Below are positions 38,197 to 47,778 of a DNA stretch of 64,000 bases, in pieces. The notes under the pieces are model-generated. The model saw nothing but the letters and a program-made list of their open reading frames with translations. It was not told the DNA's origin and ran no database searches. Position 1 is the stretch's first letter. The number at the start of each line of letters is the position of its first letter. This DNA is from Lysobacterales bacterium. GTDB taxonomy: Bacteria; Pseudomonadota; Gammaproteobacteria; Xanthomonadales; SZUA-38. The translations under genes were made by a program, and so were the position numbers. The stretch covers positions 27,522 to 91,521 of the forward strand of contig CBDBVC010000013.1 in assembly GCA_965212525.1 (NCBI GenBank), read 5' to 3'.

Positions 38197-40563
38197 ATGA
38201 GCCCGCTGAACAGAAAGCTGTTGCGGGAATTGTGGCGATTGCGCGGACAGGTCATGGCCATCGCCCTTGTCATTGCATCGGGTGTTGCGACACTGGTGAT
38301 GTCCCTGTCGACGATCGATGCTCTCGAGGAAACCACCAAGGCATATTATGAGCGCTACCGGTTTGCCGATGTCTTTGCCCGTGTCAAGCGGGCCCCGGAG
38401 TCGCTGGCCCGACAGATTTCCGAACTTGATGGCGTGCAATCGGTGCAGACCAGGATCAGCGAATTTGCAACGGTGGACATTACTGGTTTCGATGAACCGG
38501 TCATCGGCCAGATTGTCTCGGTCCCCGAACACAAGCAGCCAAATCTGAATCAGTTGCAGATCCGAAGCGGCCGCTGGCTGTCCGCCAGCGGAACCCATGA
38601 GGTCATACTCAATGAACCGTTTGCACAGGCCCATGGCCTGTCACCGGGTGACTCCCTGCACGTGATCATGAACGGCAGAAAACAGCAACTGACTGTGGTG
38701 GCGACAGCACTCTGTCCCGAATTCATCTATTCGCTAGGTCCCGGCGCGATGCTTCCGGACGACAAGCGTTACGGCATCATGTGGGCCGGACGTGACATGC
38801 TGGCGGCGAGTTTCGATCTGGATGCCTCGTTCAATGATCTGGCACTCACGCTGACACGGGATGCTCCGGTGGAATCGGTACTGGCACAACTGGATCTATT
38901 GCTCGAGCGATACGGTGGCATCAGCGCCATCGACAGAGCCGATCAGCTCTCCAACTGGTTCGTGATGAACGAGATCGATCAGCAACGCACCATGTCGTTC
39001 ATTCTGCCCGGCCTTTTCCTGATCGTTGCCGTGTTTCTGACTCACCTGGTTCTGACTCGATTGATTGCGACTGAACGCACCGAAATTGGTCTGCTCAAGG
39101 CCTTCGGATATGGCAGAACTGCGATTGGCTGGCACTACTGCAAGATGGTCATGCTGATTGCTCTGATCGGCATCTTCCTGGGCTGGATCATCGGTGCCGT
39201 GTTTGGTCGTTACAACGCACAGATGTATGCGGATCTTTTTCGTTACCCGCTGCTCATCTTCAGGCCGCAGGCTGACACGTTTATGATGGCAGCAATGATC
39301 AGTCTGATCGCTGCACTTGCCGGCGCACTGACAGCGGTGCGATCAGCAATCAAGTTACCACCAGCCGAATCCATGAGACCACCCTCACCACCGGTCTACA
39401 CCCAGGATTTCCTGTCCAGGTCACGCTTGCTGAAGAAACTGGACCAGCCCACGCGCATTGCACTGCGCCAGATCGGTCGCTGGCCGCTCAGGTCCCTGAT
39501 GACCAGTACCGGCATCGCACTGGCCGTCGGGCTGGTAGTGATGACCCTGCAGTGGAACGATTCACTGAGTTACATGGCTCGTGTGGCATTCCACGAGGCG
39601 CAGCGTCAGAATGTCACTCTCGGCCTGACTCACAATCTGGCTGTCGAGGCGATCAACGATGTCAGACATCTGCCCGGCGTGATGATGGCAGAGCCGGCCA
39701 GGATCGCCAGTGCCGATTTCGAAAACGGAGAACACACTCACCGCGGTGCCATTACCGCAATCACCACCGACAGTATCCTGCAACCGGTCTACGATACCGA
39801 GACTCAGCAAACACTACCCGTACCACAGGCAGGTCTGGTGATGGCAACAGCACTGGCCAGCAAGCTGAACCTGTCGGTTGGAGATCAGGTCGAGGTTGAA
39901 GTGCTGGAAGGACGGCGTCCGGTGGTGAGCCTGCCCGTGGTTCGGCTGTTCAATACCGATCTGGGTATGCCCGCGTTCATGAACATCAGCGCCATGGATC
40001 GATTGATGCAGGAGCGACCCGGCATGAATTTCATCCATTTGCTGGTGGATGAAAACCAGCAGGCTGACCTGTATCGTGAACTGAAATCTGTACCGACCGT
40101 ATCCGCTGTGATGGTCAAGCAGGCCGCATTCGACTCCTTTCATGACACGCTGATCGCGCACCTGATGGTCTTTATCACCATGTTCTCGATCCTGGCCGCA
40201 TTACTGGGATTCGGAGTGGCCTACAACAGCGCACGCATTGCATTGTCTGAGCGAGGCCGTGAACTCGCCACCCTGCGGGTGCTTGGCTTCACCCGGGGGG
40301 AAATCTCCTATGTGCTGCTCGGTGAAGTGATCATTCTCATACTGCTGGGCCTGCCACTGGGATGCCTGGCCGGCTGGGGACTGGTACTGGCCATGTCCGT
40401 GGCATTCGACACCGAGCTGTTTCGAATACCTCTGGTCCTCGAACAATCCACATTCGCCGCATCTGTCGTCATCATACTGGTGTCGACCTTGCTGTCTTCA
40501 CTGCTGGTCAGGCGACGGGTCAACCGTCTCAACCTGATCAATGTTCTGAAAACACGGGAATAA
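38197..40563 (+). CDS. ABC transporter permease (duplicated MacB/FtsX domains)
   Basis: Two halves with ERTEIGLLKAFGY and ERGRELATLRVLGF. Confidence 0.93.
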   Translation: MSPLNRKLLRELWRLRGQVMAIALVIASGVATLVMSLSTIDALEETTKAYYERYRFADVFARVKRAPESLARQISELDGVQSVQTRISEFATVDITGFDEPVIGQIVSVPEHKQPNLNQLQIRSGRWLSASGTHEVILNEPFAQAHGLSPGDSLHVIMNGRKQQLTVVATALCPEFIYSLGPGAMLPDDKRYGIMWAGRDMLAASFDLDASFNDLALTLTRDAPVESVLAQLDLLLERYGGISAIDRADQLSNWFVMNEIDQQRTMSFILPGLFLIVAVFLTHLVLTRLIATERTEIGLLKAFGYGRTAIGWHYCKMVMLIALIGIFLGWIIGAVFGRYNAQMYADLFRYPLLIFRPQADTFMMAAMISLIAALAGALTAVRSAIKLPPAESMRPPSPPVYTQDFLSRSRLLKKLDQPTRIALRQIGRWPLRSLMTSTGIALAVGLVVMTLQWNDSLSYMARVAFHEAQRQNVTLGLTHNLAVEAINDVRHLPGVMMAEPARIASADFENGEHTHRGAITAITTDSILQPVYDTETQQTLPVPQAGLVMATALASKLNLSVGDQVEVEVLEGRRPVVSLPVVRLFNTDLGMPAFMNISAMDRLMQERPGMNFIHLLVDENQQADLYRELKSVPTVSAVMVKQAAFDSFHDTLIAHLMVFITMFSILAALLGFGVAYNSARIALSERGRELATLRVLGFTRGEISYVLLGEVIILILLGLPLGCLAGWGLVLAMSVAFDTELFRIPLVLEQSTFAASVVIILVSTLLSSLLVRRRVNRLNLINVLKTRE

Positions 40564-40567
40564 TACG

Positions 40568-41782
40568 ATGACTGTCACTCTCAAGCGTGTTGTATTCTGG
40601 AGTGTGTTCACAGCCTTGCTGCTGATTGCACTCGTCTATGCATTCTGGCCCAAGCCAGTTCTCATGGATGTGACTGAAGCCATGAAGCAGGATCTTATGG
40701 TCAGTATCCGCGAAGAGGGTAAGACCCGCGTCCATGATGTGTTCACACTGTCGGCGCCCGTCACCGGACGCCTCAGACGAATCACTCTCGAGGTTGGCGA
40801 TTCCGTCACGCGATCGGAGACCATTGCTGCTGAAATCGAGCCCATTGATCCATCATTTCTGGATCCGCGCAGTGAAGCCCAGGCGAGGGCCGACATACAG
40901 ACTGCGCAGTCTGCCATCGACGTGGCACGTGCTGAAGTCAGCCAGGCACAGGCAGAACTGGATTTTGCCCGGGCTGAGCTGGACAGAATGCGGGAACTTC
41001 GATTGAACAGCACGGTATCACGGCGGGAGCTGGACAATGCCGAGCGCCTGTTCACTACCCGCCGCGCTGCCCTTGCCACGGCCGAGGCTGCACTGCAGAT
41101 GCGAACCTTCGAATTTGAACGTGTGCAGGCCCAGATGCTTTCACCGACCCAGACACAGGCCCTGCATGGCTCCTGTGAGTGTCTCAATATCACTGCTCCC
41201 ATCAACGGTCACGTCCTGAGTGTGCTGCATCGTAATGAAGGCGTGGTGACGGCCGGCACACCACTGCTCGAGATCGGCGATCCGGAGAACCTTGAGATTG
41301 TAGTCGAACTGCTCTCGACCGATGCAGTACGGGTTGAACCGGGCCAGACGGTGCTGATCACGAACTGGGGGCAGGATGATCCACTGGCCGGCCGTGTCAA
41401 CCGGGTTGAGCCTATCGGATTTACCAAGGTTTCCGCATTGGGAATCGAGGAACAACGTGTCAATGTACTCGTCGATCTGGTGACACCCAGGGAACGCTGG
41501 GCACGCCTGGGTCACGGTTATCAGCTGGACGTCGATATCGTGTTGTGGCAGGGCCAGGATGTGCTCGCCATTCCGCTGACCGCACTGGTCAGGGATGGAG
41601 ATCACTGGGCCGTGTATCAGCTTATCGAGACGCGTGCACGCAAGACACGTGTCACACTGGGTCGTCAGAATCCGCTCAGGGCCGAGATAACCGCTGGTCT
41701 TGAACCCGGCAGCATCATCATTACCCATCCCAATGACGCCGTACATGACGGTGCCCGGGTTGAAGCCAGGTCAATGCTCTAA
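40568..41782 (+). CDS. HlyD/RND family periplasmic adaptor subunit
   Basis: TM anchor, APVTG lipoyl half, coiled coil, SALGIEEQRVNV. Confidence 0.93.
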   Translation: MTVTLKRVVFWSVFTALLLIALVYAFWPKPVLMDVTEAMKQDLMVSIREEGKTRVHDVFTLSAPVTGRLRRITLEVGDSVTRSETIAAEIEPIDPSFLDPRSEAQARADIQTAQSAIDVARAEVSQAQAELDFARAELDRMRELRLNSTVSRRELDNAERLFTTRRAALATAEAALQMRTFEFERVQAQMLSPTQTQALHGSCECLNITAPINGHVLSVLHRNEGVVTAGTPLLEIGDPENLEIVVELLSTDAVRVEPGQTVLITNWGQDDPLAGRVNRVEPIGFTKVSALGIEEQRVNVLVDLVTPRERWARLGHGYQLDVDIVLWQGQDVLAIPLTALVRDGDHWAVYQLIETRARKTRVTLGRQNPLRAEITAGLEPGSIIITHPNDAVHDGARVEARSML

Positions 41783-41893
41783 GACGACAGCCTGTCGCCG
41801 CCAGTGGTTATTTACAGTCAGCAGCCTGGAGGCTGTGCAATTGATATTACTCTTTGATGGTCGGCGAGTTACTGTCAGGTCGTCGGGGAACAA

Positions 41894-42106
41894 TCAGTCC
41901 CAGTCTCCCTCGGCAAGTTTCTGCTGAATGGATTCCAGTTGCTTCGCCGTCACCCGTTCAATCTCGGCCAGGGTTTCGGCATTTTCAAGCTCGATGGCCT
42001 GTTCGGAGGAGTCGGCAGACAACCCACGACGGTAGTCCCTGCGAATGGCATTCAGCCTGGCCTCCAGCTCATCTCGCTCCCTGATCAGTGACTCGCGGGT
42101 GCTCAT
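41894..42106 (-). CDS. Small DksA/TraR-like coiled-coil protein lacking the zinc finger (70 aa)
   Basis: MSTRESL...ELEARLNAIRRD...ADSSEQAIELEN.E.L.....L..I; ATGA overlap with the USP stop codon. Confidence 0.65.
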   Translation of the reverse strand: MSTRESLIRERDELEARLNAIRRDYRRGLSADSSEQAIELENAETLAEIERVTAKQLESIQQKLAEGDWD

Positions 42107-42540
42107 GGAACGATGACAACAGGGCAATCGGCTTCATGAACCAGCGCACTGGCAACACCACCGAACAGGACGCGCTTGAGTGTCGACAGACCACGCCGAC
42201 CGACGACGATGGCTGCAGCATCAGAATCTGCGGCGACCTTGGCAATCACCTCGGCCGGATGACCAAAATCGATCACCACATCCACATCCTGATCGTCACG
42301 ATTGAGCTTCTCCAGAATGGGTGGGAACAGCTTTTCACGGTCTGCCCTGATCTGCTCACGCGATTCGCGTGCCTGGTTTTCATTCTCTTCAAGCGTCTGC
42401 AGTTCAAACGGTGACCATTCGATGACATGCACCAGTGACAACCTGGCGTCGTATCTGTCGGCCATGTCACAGGCGAAGTCCAGCGCTACACGGCTCTGAT
42501 CGCTTCCGTCATAACCTACGATGATCGTGTTCTTTGACAT
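42103..42540 (-). CDS. Universal stress protein
   Basis: IIVGYDGS, IVVGRRGLS...LFGGVA..LV....CPVVIV. Confidence 0.95.
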   Translation of the reverse strand: MSKNTIIVGYDGSDQSRVALDFACDMADRYDARLSLVHVIEWSPFELQTLEENENQARESREQIRADREKLFPPILEKLNRDDQDVDVVIDFGHPAEVIAKVAADSDAAAIVVGRRGLSTLKRVLFGGVASALVHEADCPVVIVP

Positions 42541-42570
42541 GAATGTCTCCTTAGTGAAGTCCTGCAGTTA

Positions 42571-43518
42571 CTATAACAGAGCGATACCAGCCGTACTCGG
42601 CAAACGCGGATCGAACTGGGCCGGCTTGGCGATCAGCACATCGCAGCTGACATGGTCCAGCACCTGTTCTGCCGTGCTGCCGATCAGCATTCTCGCCAGG
42701 GCAGAACGGGCCACGGCCCCCATCACCAGCAGATCAATGTCATTATCTGCCACGTGTTCGATGATCAGCTCAGCCGGGTTTCCGTTGAGTACCGTGATGT
42801 CACCCCGACTGCAATCCAGATCGGAAGAGAGCTCATTGATTCTCTGGCGGTGAACCTCAATCGATGATTCCTGTGCCGTGGCGTTGTAGGCCACCAGTGG
42901 CTCCGTAATGGTGGCCGGAACGATGACCGGTGGCACCACATTGATGATCTCGAGCTCGGCATCGAATTGCCTGGCGAAGACTTCGGCCAGATTCAGTATC
43001 CTGTGATCAAGATCGGCCGGTTTGTCGTCAACATGAAGCGGGTCAACCGCTGCCAGTATTCTGCGGTACTGCTTGTTGGCACCCTTGCGTACCAGCCATA
43101 ACGGCTTCGGACAATGCCGGATCAGCTCCCAGTCATCGTTGCCCAGGGCCATGCGTTGCCAGCGCGTCTGCGGCCGGGTCTGTGCAATGACCAGCTCTGC
43201 CCTGGTTTGCTGTGCAACACCGATCAGTGCCTGCCAGCCATCATCTGACCAGACAATGTGGCTCTCGGTGGGTGAGTTGAATGTATCGGCAATTTCATCC
43301 AGCTGGGTTCGATGCGATTGCAGCAACAACTCCCTGGCCTCGGCCAGCAACTTGTCACCCGGTGCATCCTCATCGATGATCTTGCGGTGATAAAGATTGT
43401 TGAACAAATGCAACCGGCTGGAATCCCCGCAAACTTGACTGGCCGCATCGATCACCGGCTGGCTGTCACCGTCAGGATCGTCAATATCCATTAGTATGTT
43501 GTTGAATGTGCTGTCCAT
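42571..43518 (-). CDS. Tandem-domain universal stress protein (UspE-like)
   Basis: DWELIRHCPKPLWLV, ILAAVDP, DLLVMGAVARS...IGSTAE. Confidence 0.92.
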   Translation of the reverse strand: MDSTFNNILMDIDDPDGDSQPVIDAASQVCGDSSRLHLFNNLYHRKIIDEDAPGDKLLAEARELLLQSHRTQLDEIADTFNSPTESHIVWSDDGWQALIGVAQQTRAELVIAQTRPQTRWQRMALGNDDWELIRHCPKPLWLVRKGANKQYRRILAAVDPLHVDDKPADLDHRILNLAEVFARQFDAELEIINVVPPVIVPATITEPLVAYNATAQESSIEVHRQRINELSSDLDCSRGDITVLNGNPAELIIEHVADNDIDLLVMGAVARSALARMLIGSTAEQVLDHVSCDVLIAKPAQFDPRLPSTAGIALL

Positions 43519-43649
43519 ACGCCCTGTCTGACCGTGTCGATGACAATGTGCTGTAGAGTGGCTTGTTGTTTGCATCTAGTGCGAATAATCTATGAGTGCT
43601 CGATTACGCTGTAGTCGGGCTAGTACCTAGGAACCTTCGGAATCTACCT

Positions 43650-44807
43650 ATGCCGGAAAGCAAGGACAGATCACTGTCGCTCAAGAACGCAGGACAACCA
43701 CTGCTCGATGCACTCGTCTCGGCCGCCGTCGACGGTATTGTCGTGATCGATGACCAGGGCCGGATCCTGCTGTTCAATACCGGTGCGGAGGCCCTGTTCG
43801 GGTATACCGAAGCGGATGTTCTGGGCAGTAATGTCAATGTCCTGATGCCCGAGCCCTATCACTCGGCTCACGACGGCTACATGCACAGTTATAACCGGAC
43901 TGGCAGGAAACGAATCATCGGCATCGGCCGGGAAGTCAGCGGAATCAAGAGCAACGGTGAAGAGTTTCCCCTGGATCTGTCGGTGGGTGAAGCACAGTTT
44001 GACGGCCGCAGATTGTTTATCGGCATTCTGCGTGACCTGAGTCAGCGCAGTCATCTGGAAGCCATGCTTCGAAGTGAGCGAAAGCAGGTACAGCAACTGG
44101 AACGGTCACTGGCCCATGTGCACCGCGCCAGTACACTGGGTGAAATGGCAGCTGGTATCGCTCATGAAATCAATCAGCCCCTGGCGGCAATCTCTACCTA
44201 TGCCGATGCCGGCATCCGACTGATCAATAACGAATCCACCGATATCGATCGTATCGGCTATGCGCTGGACCAGATTGGCCAACAGGCCAGGCGAGCCGGA
44301 GAAGTGGTCAGACGCATGCGTGGCCTGGCCAGACAGGAAGAGGTGTCTCGTGAACCCAACGACATCAACAATCTGATTCTGGATCTGCTGGAACTGGCCA
44401 AACTGGAAGCCCGCGACCTGGACGCGCCCATCAATCTCGAGCTCGAGGAATCCTTGCCACAGGTTCTGGTCGATGCCGTACAGATTCAGCAGGTGCTGCT
44501 CAATCTTATTCGCAATGCACTTGAGGCCATGGTCAAGCGCAGCCAGGCATCCCGGGGGGTGCTGATCAGAACCCGCATGGATGAGAAGGGCTTGATCGAG
44601 ACCACGGTCGCCGATCACGGCATGGGCATTGACGAATCACGGGTGGATTCGATTTTCAATCCATTTGAATCAAGCAAACCCACCGGCATGGGTATTGGCC
44701 TGTCGATCTGCAAGACAATCATCAGCAGTCATGGCGGCAAATTATGGTATGAACCGAATGAGGGGGGTGGAAGCCAATTCAAATTTACGGTAGAAACAGT
44801 CAACTGA
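43650..44807 (+). CDS. fixL: PAS sensor histidine kinase, FixL-like
   Basis: Heme-PAS signature NVNVLMPEPYHSAHDGY...RIIGIGREV; AHEINQPL; QIQQVLLNLIRNA; GMGIGLSIC. Confidence 0.88.
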   Translation: MPESKDRSLSLKNAGQPLLDALVSAAVDGIVVIDDQGRILLFNTGAEALFGYTEADVLGSNVNVLMPEPYHSAHDGYMHSYNRTGRKRIIGIGREVSGIKSNGEEFPLDLSVGEAQFDGRRLFIGILRDLSQRSHLEAMLRSERKQVQQLERSLAHVHRASTLGEMAAGIAHEINQPLAAISTYADAGIRLINNESTDIDRIGYALDQIGQQARRAGEVVRRMRGLARQEEVSREPNDINNLILDLLELAKLEARDLDAPINLELEESLPQVLVDAVQIQQVLLNLIRNALEAMVKRSQASRGVLIRTRMDEKGLIETTVADHGMGIDESRVDSIFNPFESSKPTGMGIGLSICKTIISSHGGKLWYEPNEGGGSQFKFTVETVN

Positions 44808-44837
44808 AGCGGAAAGCCGGCATCGGAATCCTGAACC

Positions 44838-45455
44838 ATGAATCAGAAAATCTATATCGTTGATGATGACAGCGGCGTCCGCAACGCACTCTCGTTTCTG
44901 CTTGATTCGGTCAATCTCGAATCGCAGGCACACGAATCTGCTCAATCATTTCTTGATGACTATGACGGATCACCCGGTGTACTGGTACTGGATGTGAGGA
45001 TGCCGGGCATGAGCGGGCTTGAACTGCAGGAGCTACTCAATGAAAAACAGTTCACCGAGCTGTCCATCATTTTCATCTCGGGTCACGGCGACATCCCCAT
45101 GGCAGTCGAGGCGCTGAAACACGGCGCCGTCGATTTCATCACCAAACCATTCCGTGATCAGGAACTGCTCGATCGTATCCACGATGCCCTCGACCAGAAC
45201 GAAGCGGATCAGGAACAGAAATCGGAAATCAGGGACATTCAATCCAGACTGGATTCACTGTCACCACGGGAAACGGAAGTGATGGAGATGGTTGCCGATG
45301 GCAAGGCCAACAAGGTGATCGCATTTGACCTGGGCATCAGTCAGCGCACCGTCGAAATTCACCGGGCACACGTTATGGAGAAAATGCAGATCCGGTCACT
45401 GGCTCAGCTGGTGAGATCACTTCATGCGGCCGGATATTTCGACAAGCAGGTCTGA
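44838..45455 (+). CDS. fixJ: LuxR-type response regulator, FixJ-like
   Basis: VDDD, DVRMPGMSG, SGHGDIPMAV, NKVIAFDLGISQRTVEIHRAHVMEKM. Confidence 0.9.
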   Translation: MNQKIYIVDDDSGVRNALSFLLDSVNLESQAHESAQSFLDDYDGSPGVLVLDVRMPGMSGLELQELLNEKQFTELSIIFISGHGDIPMAVEALKHGAVDFITKPFRDQELLDRIHDALDQNEADQEQKSEIRDIQSRLDSLSPRETEVMEMVADGKANKVIAFDLGISQRTVEIHRAHVMEKMQIRSLAQLVRSLHAAGYFDKQV

Positions 45456-45502
45456 CAGACGGGAACAGCGGCGTCGAATCCGCTGCTCCAGACTCAGCCT
45501 GA

Positions 45503-45922
45503 TCAGCTCACATCGATCGATATGGACGATGGCTCCTGCCTGTCGGCCTTTGGCAGACGAACCGTCAGCACACCCTCATCCTGCGATGCGCTGATTTCCT
45601 GCTCGTTGACATCCTACGGCAGCGCAAAACTGCGAGTGAACTTGCCATAGAACTTTTCTATCCGATGCTGTTTCTCGGACTGGTCTTCGGTTCTTGATCT
45701 GCGTTCACCCGACAGGGTAATGACACCGTTGTGAACCGACAGCTCGATGTCTTCCTTTTTCACTTCCGGCAGGTCGGCGCGGATCACGTATTCAGACTCG
45801 GTTTCACTGATATCGGCCGCCGGCTGCCAGTCCAGGCTGCCGGAGTTCTGTGAAGGCAACAGGTTGCGTCGTTTCAGCAATGAATCAAATTCGGTAAACG
45901 GGTTCCAGGTCATCAGGTTCAT
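45503..45922 (-). pseudogene. Hsp20/alpha-crystallin small heat shock protein interrupted by an in-frame TAG
   Basis: ...YGKFTRSFALP*DVNEQEISASQDEGVLTVRLPK...IDVS*; TAG at 45614-45616, natural TGA at 45503-45505. Confidence 0.85.
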
Positions 45923-46038
45923 GGTGTTCTCCTCATCCAGTTCAGGCAGACCGGCAACCAGTCTGCATACCATGACACCAGTATCTGGTCTGGCAGCGAT
46001 TTCCTCAATCGTGACAAATCGAAAACGCGTTTCGGGAA

Positions 46039-46641
46039 CTACCTAGCGGGCGACGCTGGTGACTGCACGAGCCTCGCCTCAGTATCGCTGGCCTGGTGAT
46101 TGACCATGATCAGCTTCGAGACTTCAAAGCCGGCCTGACCGGCCTTATCGAGCAGCCCGGAAAGCACGCCCTGATCAAGTTCGGGCTGTCGGGCCAAAAT
46201 CCACAGGTAATCCCTGTCCGGTCCGGCGATCATGGCATACCGGTATTGTTCCCGGTCGAGTTCGATGATGTTGTAGCCGCCGTAGAACGGGCCGAAGAAG
46301 GAGACCTTCAATTGGCCCTGATCCGGTGAATCGACGAAATAGGCCTTGCCTTCGGATTCTTTCCAGATCTGCCTGATCGTGTCGTAACCCCGATTGATTA
46401 CCGTGATGCCGCCATCATCGCGTTTGCTGTAGGTTGCCGTGACCTGATCCAGATCCCGCTCGAATCTGTGATCCAGTCGCGCAATCTCGTACCAGGTTCC
46501 CAGATAGCGATCGACTTCGAAGTCATCCACAACCGTCAGGCCCCTGGGAACACCTACTGAACAACTGCCCAGTGCCGCAACCAGCATGAAGGAGATAGCG
46601 ATCAGCAGGATCAGTGAGCCCACCTGTTTTATCAGGATCAT
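46039..46641 (-). CDS. blc: Outer-membrane lipocalin lipoprotein
   Basis: Lipobox LGSC; RYLGTWYEIARLD, LKVSFFGPFYGGY, YLWILAR. Confidence 0.93.
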   Translation of the reverse strand: MILIKQVGSLILLIAISFMLVAALGSCSVGVPRGLTVVDDFEVDRYLGTWYEIARLDHRFERDLDQVTATYSKRDDGGITVINRGYDTIRQIWKESEGKAYFVDSPDQGQLKVSFFGPFYGGYNIIELDREQYRYAMIAGPDRDYLWILARQPELDQGVLSGLLDKAGQAGFEVSKLIMVNHQASDTEARLVQSPASPAR

Positions 46642-46922
46642 GAATCGACCACCTTGACACCCTTCCAGAATGCAACCCGGTTGCGGATATGCTCGGCTGC
46701 ATCCATCGGTTCCGGGTAATACCAGGCCGCATCCACATTGGTTTCGCCATTCACGCTGAGGGAATAATAGCTGGCCTGCCCCTTCCAGCCACAGAAGGTA
46801 TGGGTATCGCTATCCACCAGCAATGCACGGTTCACCGACTCCACCGGGAAATAGGCATTGCCCTCAACTTCAACGATATCATCGCTTTCGGCGATAACCT
46901 CGGAATTCCAGATTGCTTTCAT
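46638..46922 (-). CDS. DUF427 domain-containing protein
   Basis: VIAES...VEGNAYFP, CGWKGQASYY, AAWYYP, VAFW. Confidence 0.92.
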   Translation of the reverse strand: MKAIWNSEVIAESDDIVEVEGNAYFPVESVNRALLVDSDTHTFCGWKGQASYYSLSVNGETNVDAAWYYPEPMDAAEHIRNRVAFWKGVKVVDS

Positions 46923-46995
46923 CAGGGAGACTCCTGTTTATGATGTCAGTATTGTGACAGAAGAACGTCAATGAGGGGTGAAGCTTGCAGACAGC

Positions 46996-47778
46996 TCAGT
47001 TGAACTTCAGATCAAGTGTGACCGGGGCATGATCCGAAGGTCGCTCATCGGCTCGGGGGCCGACATCAATGCCGGCACCGGCGATCTTCTCGCGCAGCGA
47101 TTCACTGGCGAGGATCAGATCAATTCGCAGGCCCATGCCGCGCTGAAACATGGCCCCTCGAAAATCCCACCAGGAGTATTGCCCGGCCGCATCATGGCAG
47201 TGCCGAAAGCTGTCCATCAGCCCGAGGTTCATCATGGCTGCCAGCGCAGCTCTTTCAGCCTCACTGCACAGTATCCTGCCGCGCCATCGATCAGGATCGT
47301 AAACATCAACATCTGACGGCGCGATGTTGAAATCTCCCATCACCAGCACGTGCTGATGAGTTTTCATCTCTTGTGCCACGAATGCAGTGACGGAAGTGAG
47401 CCAGTCGAGCTTGCGCTGATAATGCGGGCTGTCGACATCGCGCCCATTGATGACGTACAGATTGATCAGCCGCAAGGGCCCGTCTTCGGTCTCTGCCGTG
47501 GCAGCCAGCAGCCGTTTTTCTGACGGATCAACGCCATCAGCATCGGTGATGACATCGGTGAGTTCACGGCTGGAGACAAACGCCACACCGTTGTAGGTTT
47601 TCTGCCCGGACTTGACGACATGATAACCCTGCTGGATAAAGGCCTGCTGCGGAAAGGCATCGTCTGTGACCTTGGTTTCCTGAAGCGCCAGCACATCGCA
47701 GGATTCATCCTGCATCCATGCCAGCACCTGATCCTGGCGCACTCGGATCGAGTTGACGTTCCAGCTGGCCAGCCTCAT
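46996..47778 (-). CDS. xthA: Exodeoxyribonuclease III
   Basis: WNVNS, LQETK, YNGVA, GDFNIAP, GLRID, SDHAPV. Confidence 0.95.
   Translation of the reverse strand: MRLASWNVNSIRVRQDQVLAWMQDESCDVLALQETKVTDDAFPQQAFIQQGYHVVKSGQKTYNGVAFVSSRELTDVITDADGVDPSEKRLLAATAETEDGPLRLINLYVINGRDVDSPHYQRKLDWLTSVTAFVAQEMKTHQHVLVMGDFNIAPSDVDVYDPDRWRGRILCSEAERAALAAMMNLGLMDSFRHCHDAAGQYSWWDFRGAMFQRGMGLRIDLILASESLREKIAGAGIDVGPRADERPSDHAPVTLDLKFN

Noticed and set aside
37399-38634. 411-aa minus-strand ORF opposite the ABC ATPase and permease
   Set aside because: Antisense shadow of well-supported genes; no recognisable motifs; common in GC-rich DNA
41820-41896. Selenocysteine or readthrough at the TGA of the DksA-like gene to restore a zinc finger
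   Set aside because: Readthrough gives LFPDDLTVTRRPSKSNINCTA with no CxxC pairs, and no convincing SECIS hairpin follows
45931-45939. 9-nt complementarity between the candidate sRNA loop (10026-10034, CCTCATCCA) and the Hsp20 ribosome-binding region
   Set aside because: A 9-mer match is expected by chance in a window of this size; not evidence of targeting
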